This document shows, one piece after another, positions 48,266-58,542 of a stretch of 64,000 bases of DNA. Under the pieces are notes generated by a model. That model saw nothing but the letters and a program-made list of their open reading frames with translations. It had not been told where the DNA came from and did not search any database. A program made the translations under genes and the position numbers. Positions within the stretch are counted from its first letter, which is position 1; every line of letters begins with the position of its first letter. This DNA comes from Nibricoccus sp. (GTDB taxonomy: Bacteria > Verrucomicrobiota > Verrucomicrobiia > Opitutales > Opitutaceae), in contig JASGHG010000001.1 of the NCBI GenBank assembly GCA_047602425.1, positions 5,056,001-5,120,000 on the forward strand, written 5' to 3'.

Positions 48266-50224
48266 TTATTCGTCTTGAGCCTGAAGGCTCGCCACGACCG
48301 TGAAATCCTCGAGCGTCGTGGTGTCGCCCTTGATTTCGCCGCCGGTGGCAATCTCCTTGAGAATGCGGCGCATGATTTTTCCACTGCGGGTTTTTGGCAG
48401 ACCCGACGCGAAACGGACTTGGTCGGGCTTCGCGAGCGATCCGATTTCCTTGCCCACGTGGCTGCGCAGTTCCTCTTTCAAATCATCGCTGGCCGTTTGA
48501 CCGGATTTCAATGTCACGAAAACCACGAGCGACTGGCCTTTCAGATCGTCGGGTTTGCCGACGGCGGCCGCCTCGGCCACTGCGGGATGCGAGACCAGCG
48601 CGCTTTCCACCTCGGCCGTACCGATGCGGTGACCGGAGACGTTGAGCACGTCGTCGATGCGGCCAACGATCCAGAAATAGCCGTCCTTGTCCTGCCGCGC
48701 GCCGTCGCCGGTGAAGTAGATGCCCGGAAATTCGCCGAAGTACGTTTTTTGGAAGCGTTCGTCGTCGCCCCAGAGCGTGCGCAGCATCGAAGGCCAGGGC
48801 TTGGTGATCACGAGCTTGCCGCCGCTGTTGCGCGGCACTTCCTTGCCCTTGTCATCCACAACCTTCGCGGACACACCAAAGAACGGCAGCGTACCCGAGC
48901 CGGGCTTGAGTGGAGTCACACCGGGCAACGGCGTGATCATGATCGAACCCGTTTCCGTCTGCCACCAAGTGTCGACGATCGGGCAACGCTTTTTGCCGAT
49001 CATTTTGTGGTACCACATCCAGGCTTCCGGATTGATCGGTTCGCCAACCGAACCAAGCAAACGCAGCGAATTCAGATGATGCCGCAGCACATACTGGTCG
49101 CCCCAGCGCATGAACGCGCGGATCGCCGTCGGTGCCGTATAGAGAATGGTTATGCCATGGCGATCGATCATCTGCCAGAAACGATCCGGGCCCGGCTGGT
49201 TCGGCGCGCCTTCGTAGAGGAAGACGGTCGCGCCATTGCTCATCAGTCCGTAAACGACATAGCTGTGACCGGTGATCCAGCCGATGTCGGCGGAGCAGAA
49301 GTAACGATCGTTTTCCTTGAGATCGAAAACGTAATGCGAACTCAGTTTCGCCCCGAGCAAATAACCAGCGCTCGTATGCATAACGCCCTTCGGCTTCCCT
49401 GTGCTGCCGCTGGTGTAGAGAATGAAGAGTGGATGCTCGGAATCGAAGGCTTTTGGCTCATGGGTGTTGGGTGCGCCCTCCCAAGCCTCGCGCCACCAAA
49501 CGTCACGGCCTTCCTTCATCGTCACGGCGTTGCCGCAACGTTTGACCACGATTACCGATTGCACGCTCGGCGCGCCCTCGACGGCTTTGTCGACATTGGC
49601 TTTGAGCTCGATGATTTTGCCCCGGCGCCAACTGCCGTCGGCGGTGATGACGAGCTTGGCTTTGCAATCGTTGATGCGATCCTTGAGCGCCTCGGGACTG
49701 AAACCGCCAAACACCACTGTATGGATGGCGCCAATACGCGCGCAGGCCAGCATGGCGATGACAGCCTCGGGTATCATCGGCATGTACAAGGCCACGCGGT
49801 CGCCCGCGCCGAGTCCCATGTTTTCAAAAATGTGCGCCAAGCGACAGACGTGGAAATGCAGTTGTTTGTAGGTAATCGTGCGGACGTCGCCCGGCTCGCC
49901 CTCGAAAATAATTGCCGCTTTGTTCTCACGCGGTGTGCCGATATGGCGATCAAGACAGTTTTCTGAAACGTTTAACTTCCCGCCCACGAACCACTTGGCA
50001 TGTGGAGCCTCCCACTTCAAAACAGTCCGAAACGGCTTGCGCCAGACCAAGTGTTCCTTCGCTTGGCGGGCCCAAAATGTTTCTGGGCTATTGACAGACT
50101 CGGCATACATCTTCTTATAAACCGCATAACTCCCAAGGTTTGCTTGGCGTTGAAACTCGGCCGATGGCCTGAACACCCGTTTTTCACGGGATACTGAAGT
50201 TATCGTTTGGTCTGTCACGTTCAT
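48266..50224 (-). CDS. acs: Acetyl-CoA synthetase
   Basis: [40 protein letters not shown]. Confidence 0.97.
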   Translation of the reverse strand: MNVTDQTITSVSREKRVFRPSAEFQRQANLGSYAVYKKMYAESVNSPETFWARQAKEHLVWRKPFRTVLKWEAPHAKWFVGGKLNVSENCLDRHIGTPRENKAAIIFEGEPGDVRTITYKQLHFHVCRLAHIFENMGLGAGDRVALYMPMIPEAVIAMLACARIGAIHTVVFGGFSPEALKDRINDCKAKLVITADGSWRRGKIIELKANVDKAVEGAPSVQSVIVVKRCGNAVTMKEGRDVWWREAWEGAPNTHEPKAFDSEHPLFILYTSGSTGKPKGVMHTSAGYLLGAKLSSHYVFDLKENDRYFCSADIGWITGHSYVVYGLMSNGATVFLYEGAPNQPGPDRFWQMIDRHGITILYTAPTAIRAFMRWGDQYVLRHHLNSLRLLGSVGEPINPEAWMWYHKMIGKKRCPIVDTWWQTETGSIMITPLPGVTPLKPGSGTLPFFGVSAKVVDDKGKEVPRNSGGKLVITKPWPSMLRTLWGDDERFQKTYFGEFPGIYFTGDGARQDKDGYFWIVGRIDDVLNVSGHRIGTAEVESALVSHPAVAEAAAVGKPDDLKGQSLVVFVTLKSGQTASDDLKEELRSHVGKEIGSLAKPDQVRFASGLPKTRSGKIMRRILKEIATGGEIKGDTTTLEDFTVVASLQAQDE

Positions 50225-50333
50225 GTTGAATTTAGGGGTTAAAGAATAACTGCTCGCATTCATTTGCGGCTCTTATCCCTATCCGAGTTTTTCCGACTTG
50301 CGTTAGCATATAGACAATCTTCTGCCCGTTATT

Positions 50334-51539
50334 ATGGAAACTAATCCAACCCCCGCGCCCGCTGTGCCTTCCGCTAATCCTGCGGTTGCCACGCCGGCTC
50401 CTGCTGCTCCCGCGCCTGCACCCGAAAACGTGATCCGTGTCGAAGGCATCCTCGACATCGACACTCAAAAAGGCGGCAACGGCCAGCTGCTCGACCCCAC
50501 CCGCTCGGGCAAACGCCGCCCTACCGATACTTTTGTGCCTAAGGAACTGATCCGCCGTTTCAAGCTGCGCTCCGGAAACATGATTACCGGCACCGCTTAT
50601 CCGGCCGAGGGCCGTTTCCCCAATCCAAAGATGAAATTCATCGAGAAAGTCGATGGCATCGATATCGACGAACGTCGCAAGATGTTTGATTTCAATGCGC
50701 TCACGACCGTCTCGCCCGACAAGATGCTCAAGATGGAGCTCAAGGACGGACGCCTCACGACGCGCGCGGTCGACCTTTTCTGCCCCATCGGCAAAGGCAC
50801 TCGCGGCCTCATCGTCGCACCGCCTCGTACCGGCAAAACCACGCTCTTGCGCGACATGGCGCTCGGCGTGTTGGAAAACAATCCGGAATGTCACGTCGTC
50901 ATTCTGCTCGTCGACGAACGTCCTGAGGAAGTCACCGATTTCAAACGCAGCGTTCCCGCCGAAATCTGGGCCTCGTCCAACGACGAACAGATCGAGAACC
51001 ATCTTCGCATCGCCGATCTCTGTATTGAGCGTTGCAAACGGCTCGTCGAAACCGGCAAGCACGTCGTCCTTTTCCTCGATTCGATCACTCGTCTCGCCCG
51101 CGCGCATAACACTGCTCGCAATTCCGGCCGCACCGGCTCTGGCGGTCTCGATGTCCGTGCCCTTGAAAAACCGCGTCAGCTCTTCGCCGCCGCGCGCAAT
51201 ACCGAGGAAGCCGGCTCGCTCACCATCGTGGCTTCCGTGCTCGTCGAAACCGGCAGCCGCATGGACGATGTAATTTTCCAGGAGTTCAAAGGCACCGGCA
51301 ACATGGAGCTCGTGCTCGACCGCAAGTGCGCCGAAATGCGCCTCTGGCCCGCGATCAACATCGCTTCGTCCGGCACGCGTAAAGAAGAACTCCTCATCGA
51401 CGCCACGAAACTCGAGGGCATTCATTTCTTCCGTCGCGCTTTGGTCCAAACGAGGATTGAGGAAGCCACCGAGACGATGATCACGCGTCTCTCGAAGACG
51501 AAGACCAACGACGAGTTCCTAAAACTCATCGCGCGCTGA
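50334..51539 (+). CDS. rho: Transcription termination factor Rho
   Basis: [56 protein letters not shown]. Confidence 0.96.
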   Translation: METNPTPAPAVPSANPAVATPAPAAPAPAPENVIRVEGILDIDTQKGGNGQLLDPTRSGKRRPTDTFVPKELIRRFKLRSGNMITGTAYPAEGRFPNPKMKFIEKVDGIDIDERRKMFDFNALTTVSPDKMLKMELKDGRLTTRAVDLFCPIGKGTRGLIVAPPRTGKTTLLRDMALGVLENNPECHVVILLVDERPEEVTDFKRSVPAEIWASSNDEQIENHLRIADLCIERCKRLVETGKHVVLFLDSITRLARAHNTARNSGRTGSGGLDVRALEKPRQLFAAARNTEEAGSLTIVASVLVETGSRMDDVIFQEFKGTGNMELVLDRKCAEMRLWPAINIASSGTRKEELLIDATKLEGIHFFRRALVQTRIEEATETMITRLSKTKTNDEFLKLIAR

Positions 51540-51575
51540 ACTCAATCGCGCCGCACGCGCGTTTTCCGTTTCACG

Positions 51576-51938
51576 ATGCGAAAGTTATTCAACAGCTTTC
51601 GCTTCGCCTTCGCCGGGTTCGCCTATTTGCTGCGCACCCAGCGCAATGCTCGCATTCATTCGCTCGCGGCTCTTTTTGTCGTTGGCGCCGGTTTGTATTT
51701 CAATGTCGCACGCACGGACTGGGCCTGGCTGATTGCCGCCATCGCATGGGTTTTCGCCGCCGAAGCACTGAACACGGCAATCGAAATTCTCGCTGACCGT
51801 GTCACGACCGAACTCGACGAAAAAATCCGCCACGCCAAAGATGTTTCCGCCGCAGCGGTTTTGATTTCAGCCGTGGGCGCAGTTGGCGTCGGCGTGGCGA
51901 TTCTCGGCCCGTATTGCCTGCGTTTACTCGCCCAATAG
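51576..51938 (+). CDS. dgkA: Diacylglycerol/undecaprenol kinase (DgkA family)
   Basis: SFRFAFAG, EALNTAIE, AKDVSAAAV. Confidence 0.9.
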   Translation: MRKLFNSFRFAFAGFAYLLRTQRNARIHSLAALFVVGAGLYFNVARTDWAWLIAAIAWVFAAEALNTAIEILADRVTTELDEKIRHAKDVSAAAVLISAVGAVGVGVAILGPYCLRLLAQ

Positions 51939-51979
51939 ACGATTCTTCCGACGAGGAAACGCCAACGAGCGAGCGCCGG

Positions 51980-52717
51980 TTAGAGATGCCAGCCCAAGTA
52001 GAGATTGGCCTCAAACGAGTTTACGCCGACCGTCTCCGCCGATCGCGTGGCCCATGGAGACGACGGAATTTTCATCTTTAAGGATGTGTACGTGCAGGTG
52101 AATCCGATGGAAAAATTATTGGAGATCTTTTTGTCGATACCGATTAGGACGGCAGGAGTCATTTTACTCTCAGATTCCTCCGCGTAGGTATTCGACCGAT
52201 ACAAAAGCGCCGGATTAACGACAGCGCCGCTCATATAAATAGATTCAAAATGAGAGGAGATTTTGCTCTTCGTGACACCCGCCCCGAAAATGATCCGGCT
52301 GTCGTCGGAGACAGCATGCGTATAAACCGGCATGAGCGAGATCGTGGTGGGTTTGTAGACAAGCGCGTGACGTTGATATTTGTCCGGACCGCTTCCCGTT
52401 GCCCAAACCACGTCAGGGTATTCCGGAAATGCCATTTCCACTTCGCCCTTGCCAAATTTCGCGTAGGAAATCTGAAGGCTCCAATTTTCGGTGAAGTTGT
52501 AGCCCGCCGTGAGCCGGGCCACGCTCACGTTCGAACGTCTGCCCCTCGCATTCAAAACTTCGCCATTCGCCGCGACTGCCACGGGATTGGTCACCGAAAA
52601 AGGGCTGACATGCAACACCGAGATGCCGCCGCCCGCCGTGACATATGGGCCGACTTTTTGTCCAAAAACCGGGGTGGAAAAAACAACGACTACCGCCAAC
52701 AAACTTGTGAATTTCAT
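51980..52717 (-). CDS. Outer-membrane beta-barrel protein
   Basis: Signal peptide, G.YV..GGG, AGYNFTENWSLQ.SY, terminal LYLGWHL beta-signal. Confidence 0.8.
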   Translation of the reverse strand: MKFTSLLAVVVVFSTPVFGQKVGPYVTAGGGISVLHVSPFSVTNPVAVAANGEVLNARGRRSNVSVARLTAGYNFTENWSLQISYAKFGKGEVEMAFPEYPDVVWATGSGPDKYQRHALVYKPTTISLMPVYTHAVSDDSRIIFGAGVTKSKISSHFESIYMSGAVVNPALLYRSNTYAEESESKMTPAVLIGIDKKISNNFSIGFTCTYTSLKMKIPSSPWATRSAETVGVNSFEANLYLGWHL

Positions 52718-53000
52718 AAAATGAAAGCTTCGTCGGAGATGCAAAAAACTAACTCATTAAGCAACCCAAAAGCCGGATGTGTGCGTATTTATTGATCCAG
52801 GTTGATGAATGGGTACCCAATTCTTACGTGCTTTTGCACGTAAGATTGTTGAAGGACCGGAGCCAGCGGATGACGCAAATTCGAGCCGATAGCTGACGGT
52901 TCGTCAAAAATCGTTTCTCGTCACCATGAGCCCATCGCGCCGCTAGAGCGCGTACAATAAAACTGTAGCCGTAAATCGGTGTTATGCACCGAGCTGTCTT

Positions 53001-53073
53001 CGGAGGGGCGCAGTCTTGCTGCGCCCTTTCTGTGGCAAAGCCAAACCGGCCGCAGCAAGACTGCGCCCCTCCG
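53001..53073. repeat. GGAG-type REP doublet
   Basis: cggaggggcgcagtcttgctgcg...cgcagcaagactgcgcccctccg perfect inverted repeat. Confidence 0.85.
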
Positions 53074-53426
53074 CCTTTTCTTCATTGAAACAAAGCAGAT
53101 GGACGTTTCCAGGGTCCCGAGACGCCAACTAAAGGCATCGCTTGGGCGTGGCCGCCGGATAGGCCTGAGCTCATTATGCTGAGCTTGGTTTAGGACTTTC
53201 ACTCCAGTTCGCGAAGAATGACATGGAAACCATTGGCTCGACGAGTGCCTGAGCGGTTATCGAGCCTCCCTGCCACCAGAAAACGTGCTCATTTAGCACG
53301 TCCCAAAAATAAGACTGTCTGCCACCGCTAAGACTTTTCACAAATTCCATCTTGCGCCGCAGGGATAAACCCTGACACAACTTACCTTCCGCTGCGCGCG
53401 CGGTGCGCCAGCACTAGACCAAATAC

Positions 53427-55187
53427 ATGCATAGTTTTTCCGAGCAATGTCTCGACATGGCCCGCTCGATGTTGGGCCACAATCTGGACTCCATTCAGCC
53501 TGACGGTACCATCCTTCCTGCCCCTGGCGAACAACCCCGCCCCGACGAACCCGGCCACGCAGCCTTCGCCCTCGGCGAATTTTACCGCGCCACCGGCGAA
53601 TCCAGCCTTAAAGGCTTCGACCTGATCGACCTCGCCGCGCGCACCATCACCGCGCAGATGTTCACCGAGCCCGCCGCCGAAAACGGCCTCGCGTACGCCT
53701 CGCTCGGCCTCCTCGCCTTTGGTCCTTCCAAGGAACGCAATCCTGTCTGGGAACGCCTCGTCGACGAAACCCGCCAGCGTATCGACAAACAGCTTCTCCA
53801 CCGCAGCGATTACGACAACCACTGGCAGGCCTTCAACGTCGCCAAGGCCGTCGCCCGTTTCTCGTTCGGTCTTTCCAAAAAGGATGAAACGTCGCGCCTC
53901 ATTGAACGCATGTGCGATCGCATCGACCAAACCAGTTCCAACGGTTTCTTTGACGACTCCACCACCGGCTTCGGCGGAAATTTCAATCTCTATGGCGTGA
54001 TGAGCTTCGTTTTCATCCGCTCCGCCCTCCAGCTTCACGCCAACAGCGGCGTCCGCGACCGCAAGCTCCCCACCCTCCGCACCTACGCCGAGAAGTACAT
54101 CAAGATGATGCCTGACTTGGTTCGCGCCGATGGTTTGGGTTGGGCCTTTGGCCGCGCCGCCGGCGCCTACGGCCAGATGCACTGCATCAGTCTGATTCTC
54201 CAAGGTCTCCGCGACGGCTGGATCGCCGATGATCAAAAGCCGAAATACTACGACATCCTCCGCCGCCTGTTCGTATTTTTCTACCAAACTTACCTCGATC
54301 AGGAACACGGCTTCCTCGATCTTCGCGACGACGAACGCACTGCCTACGGTCACCACACGACCCGCATGGCCAACTTCGACGCCGCCCGCTACCTCTGCCA
54401 GTGGTCGCGTCTCGCAAAGACCGTGCAGATGCCCGCCGGCATGCCGAAAATCGAAGCGCCTCGCACCACCGGCCGCTTCGTCATTTTCGACAAATCGAAT
54501 CGCAAGGAACAAGGCCTCTTCCTCTATCGCTGCGCCGAAAGCGGTCTGCACGCGCAGATTCCTCTCATCAGCTCCGGCCCGACGCTCGTCGCCGACTCGC
54601 TGCCCTTCCCTCATTGCCCCGGCGTCTTCGATTGGCCGAATAACATTTACGCGCCCGTGATGATTCCCGAACTCACCTTCGGCGAACACGTCACCATCCC
54701 CGCCTTCTACGGCAAGAACTGCGTCACTGGCCTTGGGCTGCGCAATAGTTTCTATTTCCGCTACGAACAGCCCGAGCTCATCGACACGAAGGAAGAAATC
54801 GTGAAGAACCTCGGCAGCGTGAAGGTTCAGTGGAATTTCGCCGGCAACAAGATCAGCGCCGAATTCGCCTATACCGTAAAGCAACAGGTGGAGCTCACCA
54901 AGTTCCGCTACATGATCGCCATTGCCGCGCCGCATTCGAAATACCATGTCGGCGGCGCGCTCGCGCTCGGTCCTCAAGGCCATCGTTGCACGGTGCAAAA
55001 GGACGATTTCCAAGCCACCTGGCAGGAAACCGAAGTCGTCAGTGCCGATCCAACGTACCGCACCAATTACGGCAAGATTCACTACTTGCAGTACCTCGTG
55101 CGCGATCATCCGCTGATCATGCGTCCCGGCCAGACTTATCGCCTCGCCGTCAACTTCGAACCCGAAGTCACGCACGTCGATGGTTGA
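53427..55187 (+). CDS. Hypothetical protein (helical N-terminus, beta-rich C-terminus)
   Basis: 586-aa ORF with strong host-like codon bias; no signal peptide. Confidence 0.85.
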   Translation: MHSFSEQCLDMARSMLGHNLDSIQPDGTILPAPGEQPRPDEPGHAAFALGEFYRATGESSLKGFDLIDLAARTITAQMFTEPAAENGLAYASLGLLAFGPSKERNPVWERLVDETRQRIDKQLLHRSDYDNHWQAFNVAKAVARFSFGLSKKDETSRLIERMCDRIDQTSSNGFFDDSTTGFGGNFNLYGVMSFVFIRSALQLHANSGVRDRKLPTLRTYAEKYIKMMPDLVRADGLGWAFGRAAGAYGQMHCISLILQGLRDGWIADDQKPKYYDILRRLFVFFYQTYLDQEHGFLDLRDDERTAYGHHTTRMANFDAARYLCQWSRLAKTVQMPAGMPKIEAPRTTGRFVIFDKSNRKEQGLFLYRCAESGLHAQIPLISSGPTLVADSLPFPHCPGVFDWPNNIYAPVMIPELTFGEHVTIPAFYGKNCVTGLGLRNSFYFRYEQPELIDTKEEIVKNLGSVKVQWNFAGNKISAEFAYTVKQQVELTKFRYMIAIAAPHSKYHVGGALALGPQGHRCTVQKDDFQATWQETEVVSADPTYRTNYGKIHYLQYLVRDHPLIMRPGQTYRLAVNFEPEVTHVDG

Positions 55188-55305
55188 GCGCTCACGCGCA
55201 CAGCCAGTTTAAGCGGAAAGTTTAAGTTGAAGGAAACGTAACTGCTCCCGCACGTGACCCGCACTCCAACTTAAACTTCGACTTACAACTTCAACTATTC
55301 GAGCG

Positions 55306-56067
55306 ATGCTCTCGCGAAGAATCATTCCCTGCCTCGACGTCACCAAAGGCCGCGTCGTCAAAGGTGTGAAGTTCCAGGAACTTCGCGACGCCGGTGATCC
55401 CGTCGAATGCGCCAAAGCCTATGACGCCCAAGGCGCGGACGAACTCGTTTTCCTCGATATTACCGCCTCCAGCGATGGCCGCGACATCATGCACGACGTC
55501 GTCGCTCGCACCGCCGAGCAATGCTTCATGCCCCTCACCGTCGGCGGCGGTCTGCGCTCCGTCGACGACATCGAGGCCATGCTGAAAAGCGGCGCCGACA
55601 AAGTCTCGCTCAATACCGCCGCGATCAAGAATCCGCAGCTCATCGCTGACGCTTCCCGCCGGTTCGGCAACCAGTGCATCGTGGTCGCAATCGACGCCAA
55701 GCGCGAACCCGACGGCAAATCCTGGCGTGTCTACACCCACGGCGGACGCAATCCCACCGAACTCGACGCCGTCAAATGGGCCGCCCAAGCCGTCTCGCTC
55801 GGCGCCGGCGAAATTCTTCTCACGTCGATGGACTGCGACGGCATGCTCACCGGCTACGACGTCGCCCTCACCCGTGCCGTTAGTGACGCAGTAACCGTTC
55901 CAGTCATCGCCAGTGGCGGCGCCGGCAAAATGGAACACTTCGCCACCGTGCTCGACGAAGGCCGGGCCAGTGCCGTCCTCGCCGCCAGCCTCTTCCATTT
56001 CGGCACGTTCACGATCCCGCAGGTGAAAGATTATCTGTCGAACCACGGGGTACCGGTAAGACGGTAG
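55306..56067 (+). CDS. hisF: Imidazole glycerol phosphate synthase cyclase subunit
   Basis: [46 protein letters not shown]. Confidence 0.97.
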   Translation: MLSRRIIPCLDVTKGRVVKGVKFQELRDAGDPVECAKAYDAQGADELVFLDITASSDGRDIMHDVVARTAEQCFMPLTVGGGLRSVDDIEAMLKSGADKVSLNTAAIKNPQLIADASRRFGNQCIVVAIDAKREPDGKSWRVYTHGGRNPTELDAVKWAAQAVSLGAGEILLTSMDCDGMLTGYDVALTRAVSDAVTVPVIASGGAGKMEHFATVLDEGRASAVLAASLFHFGTFTIPQVKDYLSNHGVPVRR

Positions 56068-56086
56068 TTGAAAAAGGCGGTTACGA

Positions 56087-56410
56087 ATGAGAAAATCCGC
56101 CCTAATTCTAGTCTGTGTCGCCCTCGGAGTAATCTCTTTCATAGGAAGCCGAAAGCTAGAATACTCAAGAGCAGCAAGCCCCGATGGTGCCTTCGTCGCT
56201 ATCGCAGAATATAGAGCATTCCGTTCATGGATGCCCATAGGTGTAGGCAGTAGTGGCGATAAATCTGGCTACATAAAAATCCTCTCAAAAGAAGGCAGAA
56301 ATATCACCCAAGCTTCTTTGCCTCAGGTTTCGATGATCGACGACTTAAAGTGGACAAATGAAGAGGTTTCTATTGTCGGTATCGGCTCGTGGAAACTCAG
56401 TTCGCGATAG
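56087..56410 (+). CDS. AT-rich hypothetical exported protein
   Basis: N-terminal hydrophobic segment, SPDG motif, atypical codons (ATA, CTA, AGA). Confidence 0.65.
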   Translation: MRKSALILVCVALGVISFIGSRKLEYSRAASPDGAFVAIAEYRAFRSWMPIGVGSSGDKSGYIKILSKEGRNITQASLPQVSMIDDLKWTNEEVSIVGIGSWKLSSR

Positions 56411-56431
56411 ATATTCGATTTAGGCCTGCCC

Positions 56432-56812
56432 TCACCGCCGCCCGAACCCCCACGAGAATGCCAACTTAAACTTCTCGTTACCGCCAACGCGCACGCCGGC
56501 ATACATTGTTTCGGCCATGCCGGTTTCATTGAGCAGCTTTGCCACGTCGATCATCAGCTCCGCGTCGGCAATCAGGCGCGCGACATCTTCGCCGGGATAA
56601 CCACACCAATATTTTAGGTCGTGGAGAAAACCCGCCGGGTAAATGCTAACGCCTTTCCATTCGTTAACCCAGCCCGTGCAACCGTCGCTCTTGAAGGGAC
56701 GTTTCGGCGGATCGCGTTCGATCTTTTTCCACAGCTCGACCAACCCGTAGTGTTCGCAGATCGCCTTGATTTCCGGAAGTGTCACTTCTTGACCGATGGG
56801 TGGGAGGTTCAT
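56432..56812 (-). CDS. Phospholipase A2-like (DGC...HD..Y) small protein
   Basis: FKSDGCTG...LHDLKY..G...R..AD..L...MYAGVRVGG. Confidence 0.65.
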   Translation of the reverse strand: MNLPPIGQEVTLPEIKAICEHYGLVELWKKIERDPPKRPFKSDGCTGWVNEWKGVSIYPAGFLHDLKYWCGYPGEDVARLIADAELMIDVAKLLNETGMAETMYAGVRVGGNEKFKLAFSWGFGRR

Positions 56813-56952
56813 AACAGAATTCGGAGATTACATGAGTTTCCTAAGTTGCGCCACATCATAATCTCCCACAATACACGCGATGCATGTGAGTCGCTCAAAG
56901 TTCAGCGTTGAGCGCGCCCGTCTTCCTCCCTTTACTCCGCACTTCCCACAAC

Positions 56953-57453
56953 ATGCAGCAATTGCACGCCTACTGGCGCATGGAATACATCGCCGCGCCA
57001 CGCCTTCCTGAAAGCAAACGTCCTTTCACCGATTTGCCCGCTCTCGGCGACGACCGCGCCGCTCTCATCGTTCATCGCACAAAACTTTCGTACCTGATTC
57101 TCAATCGCTTTCCCTATAATCCAGGTCACTTGCTCGCGATTCCGTTCCGCGAGGTGCCCGACATCGAAGACCTCACCCCCGAGGAGAACGCCGACCTTTT
57201 CGCCATCATTACATTCGCCAAACGTCTCCTGCGCACGGCGCTCAAGGCCGATGGTTTCAACATCGGCTTCAATCTCGGCACCGCCTCCGGTGGCAGTATC
57301 GCCCACTTGCATGGCCACATCGTTCCGCGCTGGCATGGCGACAACAACTTCATGCCCGTCCTCGGACAGACGCGCGTCCTCCCCGAATGTCTCGAAACCA
57401 CTTGGGAGAAACTCGCCGCAGAAGCAAAAAAACTCACTAACGCCAAAGCCTGA
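56953..57453 (+). CDS. HIT-family nucleotide hydrolase/phosphorylase
   Basis: WRMEYI, LNRFPYNPGHL, GFNIGFNLG, HLHGHIVPRW.GD.NFM. Confidence 0.9.
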   Translation: MQQLHAYWRMEYIAAPRLPESKRPFTDLPALGDDRAALIVHRTKLSYLILNRFPYNPGHLLAIPFREVPDIEDLTPEENADLFAIITFAKRLLRTALKADGFNIGFNLGTASGGSIAHLHGHIVPRWHGDNNFMPVLGQTRVLPECLETTWEKLAAEAKKLTNAKA

Positions 57454-57513
57454 CGCATCGCGCGGGCCTCAACTTAAACTTCACGCTTCAACTGCGATTC
57501 CATCGCCGAACCC

Positions 57514-58488
57514 GTGCCCTCGAAAACGCTGCGTTTCCCCAGTCCGCGCCACCTCCACCAGCTCTACGCCGGTCGGGAGGACACGCTGGCCTACGCCGAA
57601 CAACAGCTTAGCGTAAAGCTCGTCACTCGCGAAGACTGGCTCAAGGTCGATGGTCCCGACACCGCCATCGCCAATGTCGAAGCGCTTTTCGGCTTTCTCA
57701 ATGACGCACGGACCCAGGGCGTCGCCATTCGCCCCCAGGACTTTCACCGTTTCGTCGACCTGATTGCCCGCGGTCAGATCGAACAGCTCCGCGCGCTCTT
57801 TGGCGAACCACTCGTTATCTCCACGCAGCGCAAGACCATTGTCCCGAAAACGCTCGGACAAAAACTCTATCTCCAATCCATTCAAAAAAACCCGGTGGTC
57901 TTCGGTATCGGTCCGGCCGGCACCGGCAAAACCTATCTCGCGATGGCGGCGGCCGTTTCCGCGCTGCTAAAAAACGAGGTTCAGCGCATTGTCCTCACCC
58001 GCCCCGCCGTCGAAGCCGGCGAAGCCCTCGGTTTCCTTCCCGGCGATCTTCGAGAAAAAATTCTTCCCTATCTGCGGCCGCTTTACGATGCGATGCATGA
58101 CATGCTCGACGCCGAGGATGTCTCCCGCTTGACCGAAAAAGGCGTGATCGAAATCGCTCCGCTCGCCTACATGCGCGGCCGTACGCTGAGCAACGCTTTC
58201 ATCGTGCTCGACGAAGCTCAGAATACCACGCCCGAGCAAATGATGATGTTCCTCACCCGCCTCGGCGAAGACTCCCGCATGGTCGTCACCGGCGATGTCA
58301 CGCAAATCGACCTGCCTCGTTCAAAATCCTCCGGACTTCTCGAAGTCCAGCGTATCCTCAACAACATTCCCGGCATCGAATTTCACCTCCTTAGCGGTGC
58401 AGATGTCGTTCGTCATCCGCTTGTTCTAAAGATTATCGACGCCTATGAACGTTACAAATATCCGATGGGCGAAGACGCGAAATCCTGA
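57514..58488 (+). CDS. phoH: PhoH-like ATPase
   Basis: GPAGTGKTYLA, RPAVEAGE.LGFLPG, APLAYMRGRTL, DEAQN. Confidence 0.95.
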   Translation: MPSKTLRFPSPRHLHQLYAGREDTLAYAEQQLSVKLVTREDWLKVDGPDTAIANVEALFGFLNDARTQGVAIRPQDFHRFVDLIARGQIEQLRALFGEPLVISTQRKTIVPKTLGQKLYLQSIQKNPVVFGIGPAGTGKTYLAMAAAVSALLKNEVQRIVLTRPAVEAGEALGFLPGDLREKILPYLRPLYDAMHDMLDAEDVSRLTEKGVIEIAPLAYMRGRTLSNAFIVLDEAQNTTPEQMMMFLTRLGEDSRMVVTGDVTQIDLPRSKSSGLLEVQRILNNIPGIEFHLLSGADVVRHPLVLKIIDAYERYKYPMGEDAKS

Positions 58489-58542
58489 TCTTTTCACGCC
58501 AAGCTGGACTTCTTTGGTAGAATAACCGACCGCGACACCCAC

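Noticed and set aside
48227..49966. 579-aa plus-strand ORF, and similar long antisense ORFs at 13936, 23262, 50232, 53382 and 62411
   Set aside because: Shadow ORFs antisense to well-supported genes in GC-rich DNA
53074..53380. RAYT transposase remnant beside the GGAG REP
   Set aside because: No HUH (MPDH/HxH) or NP motifs seen in the frames I translated
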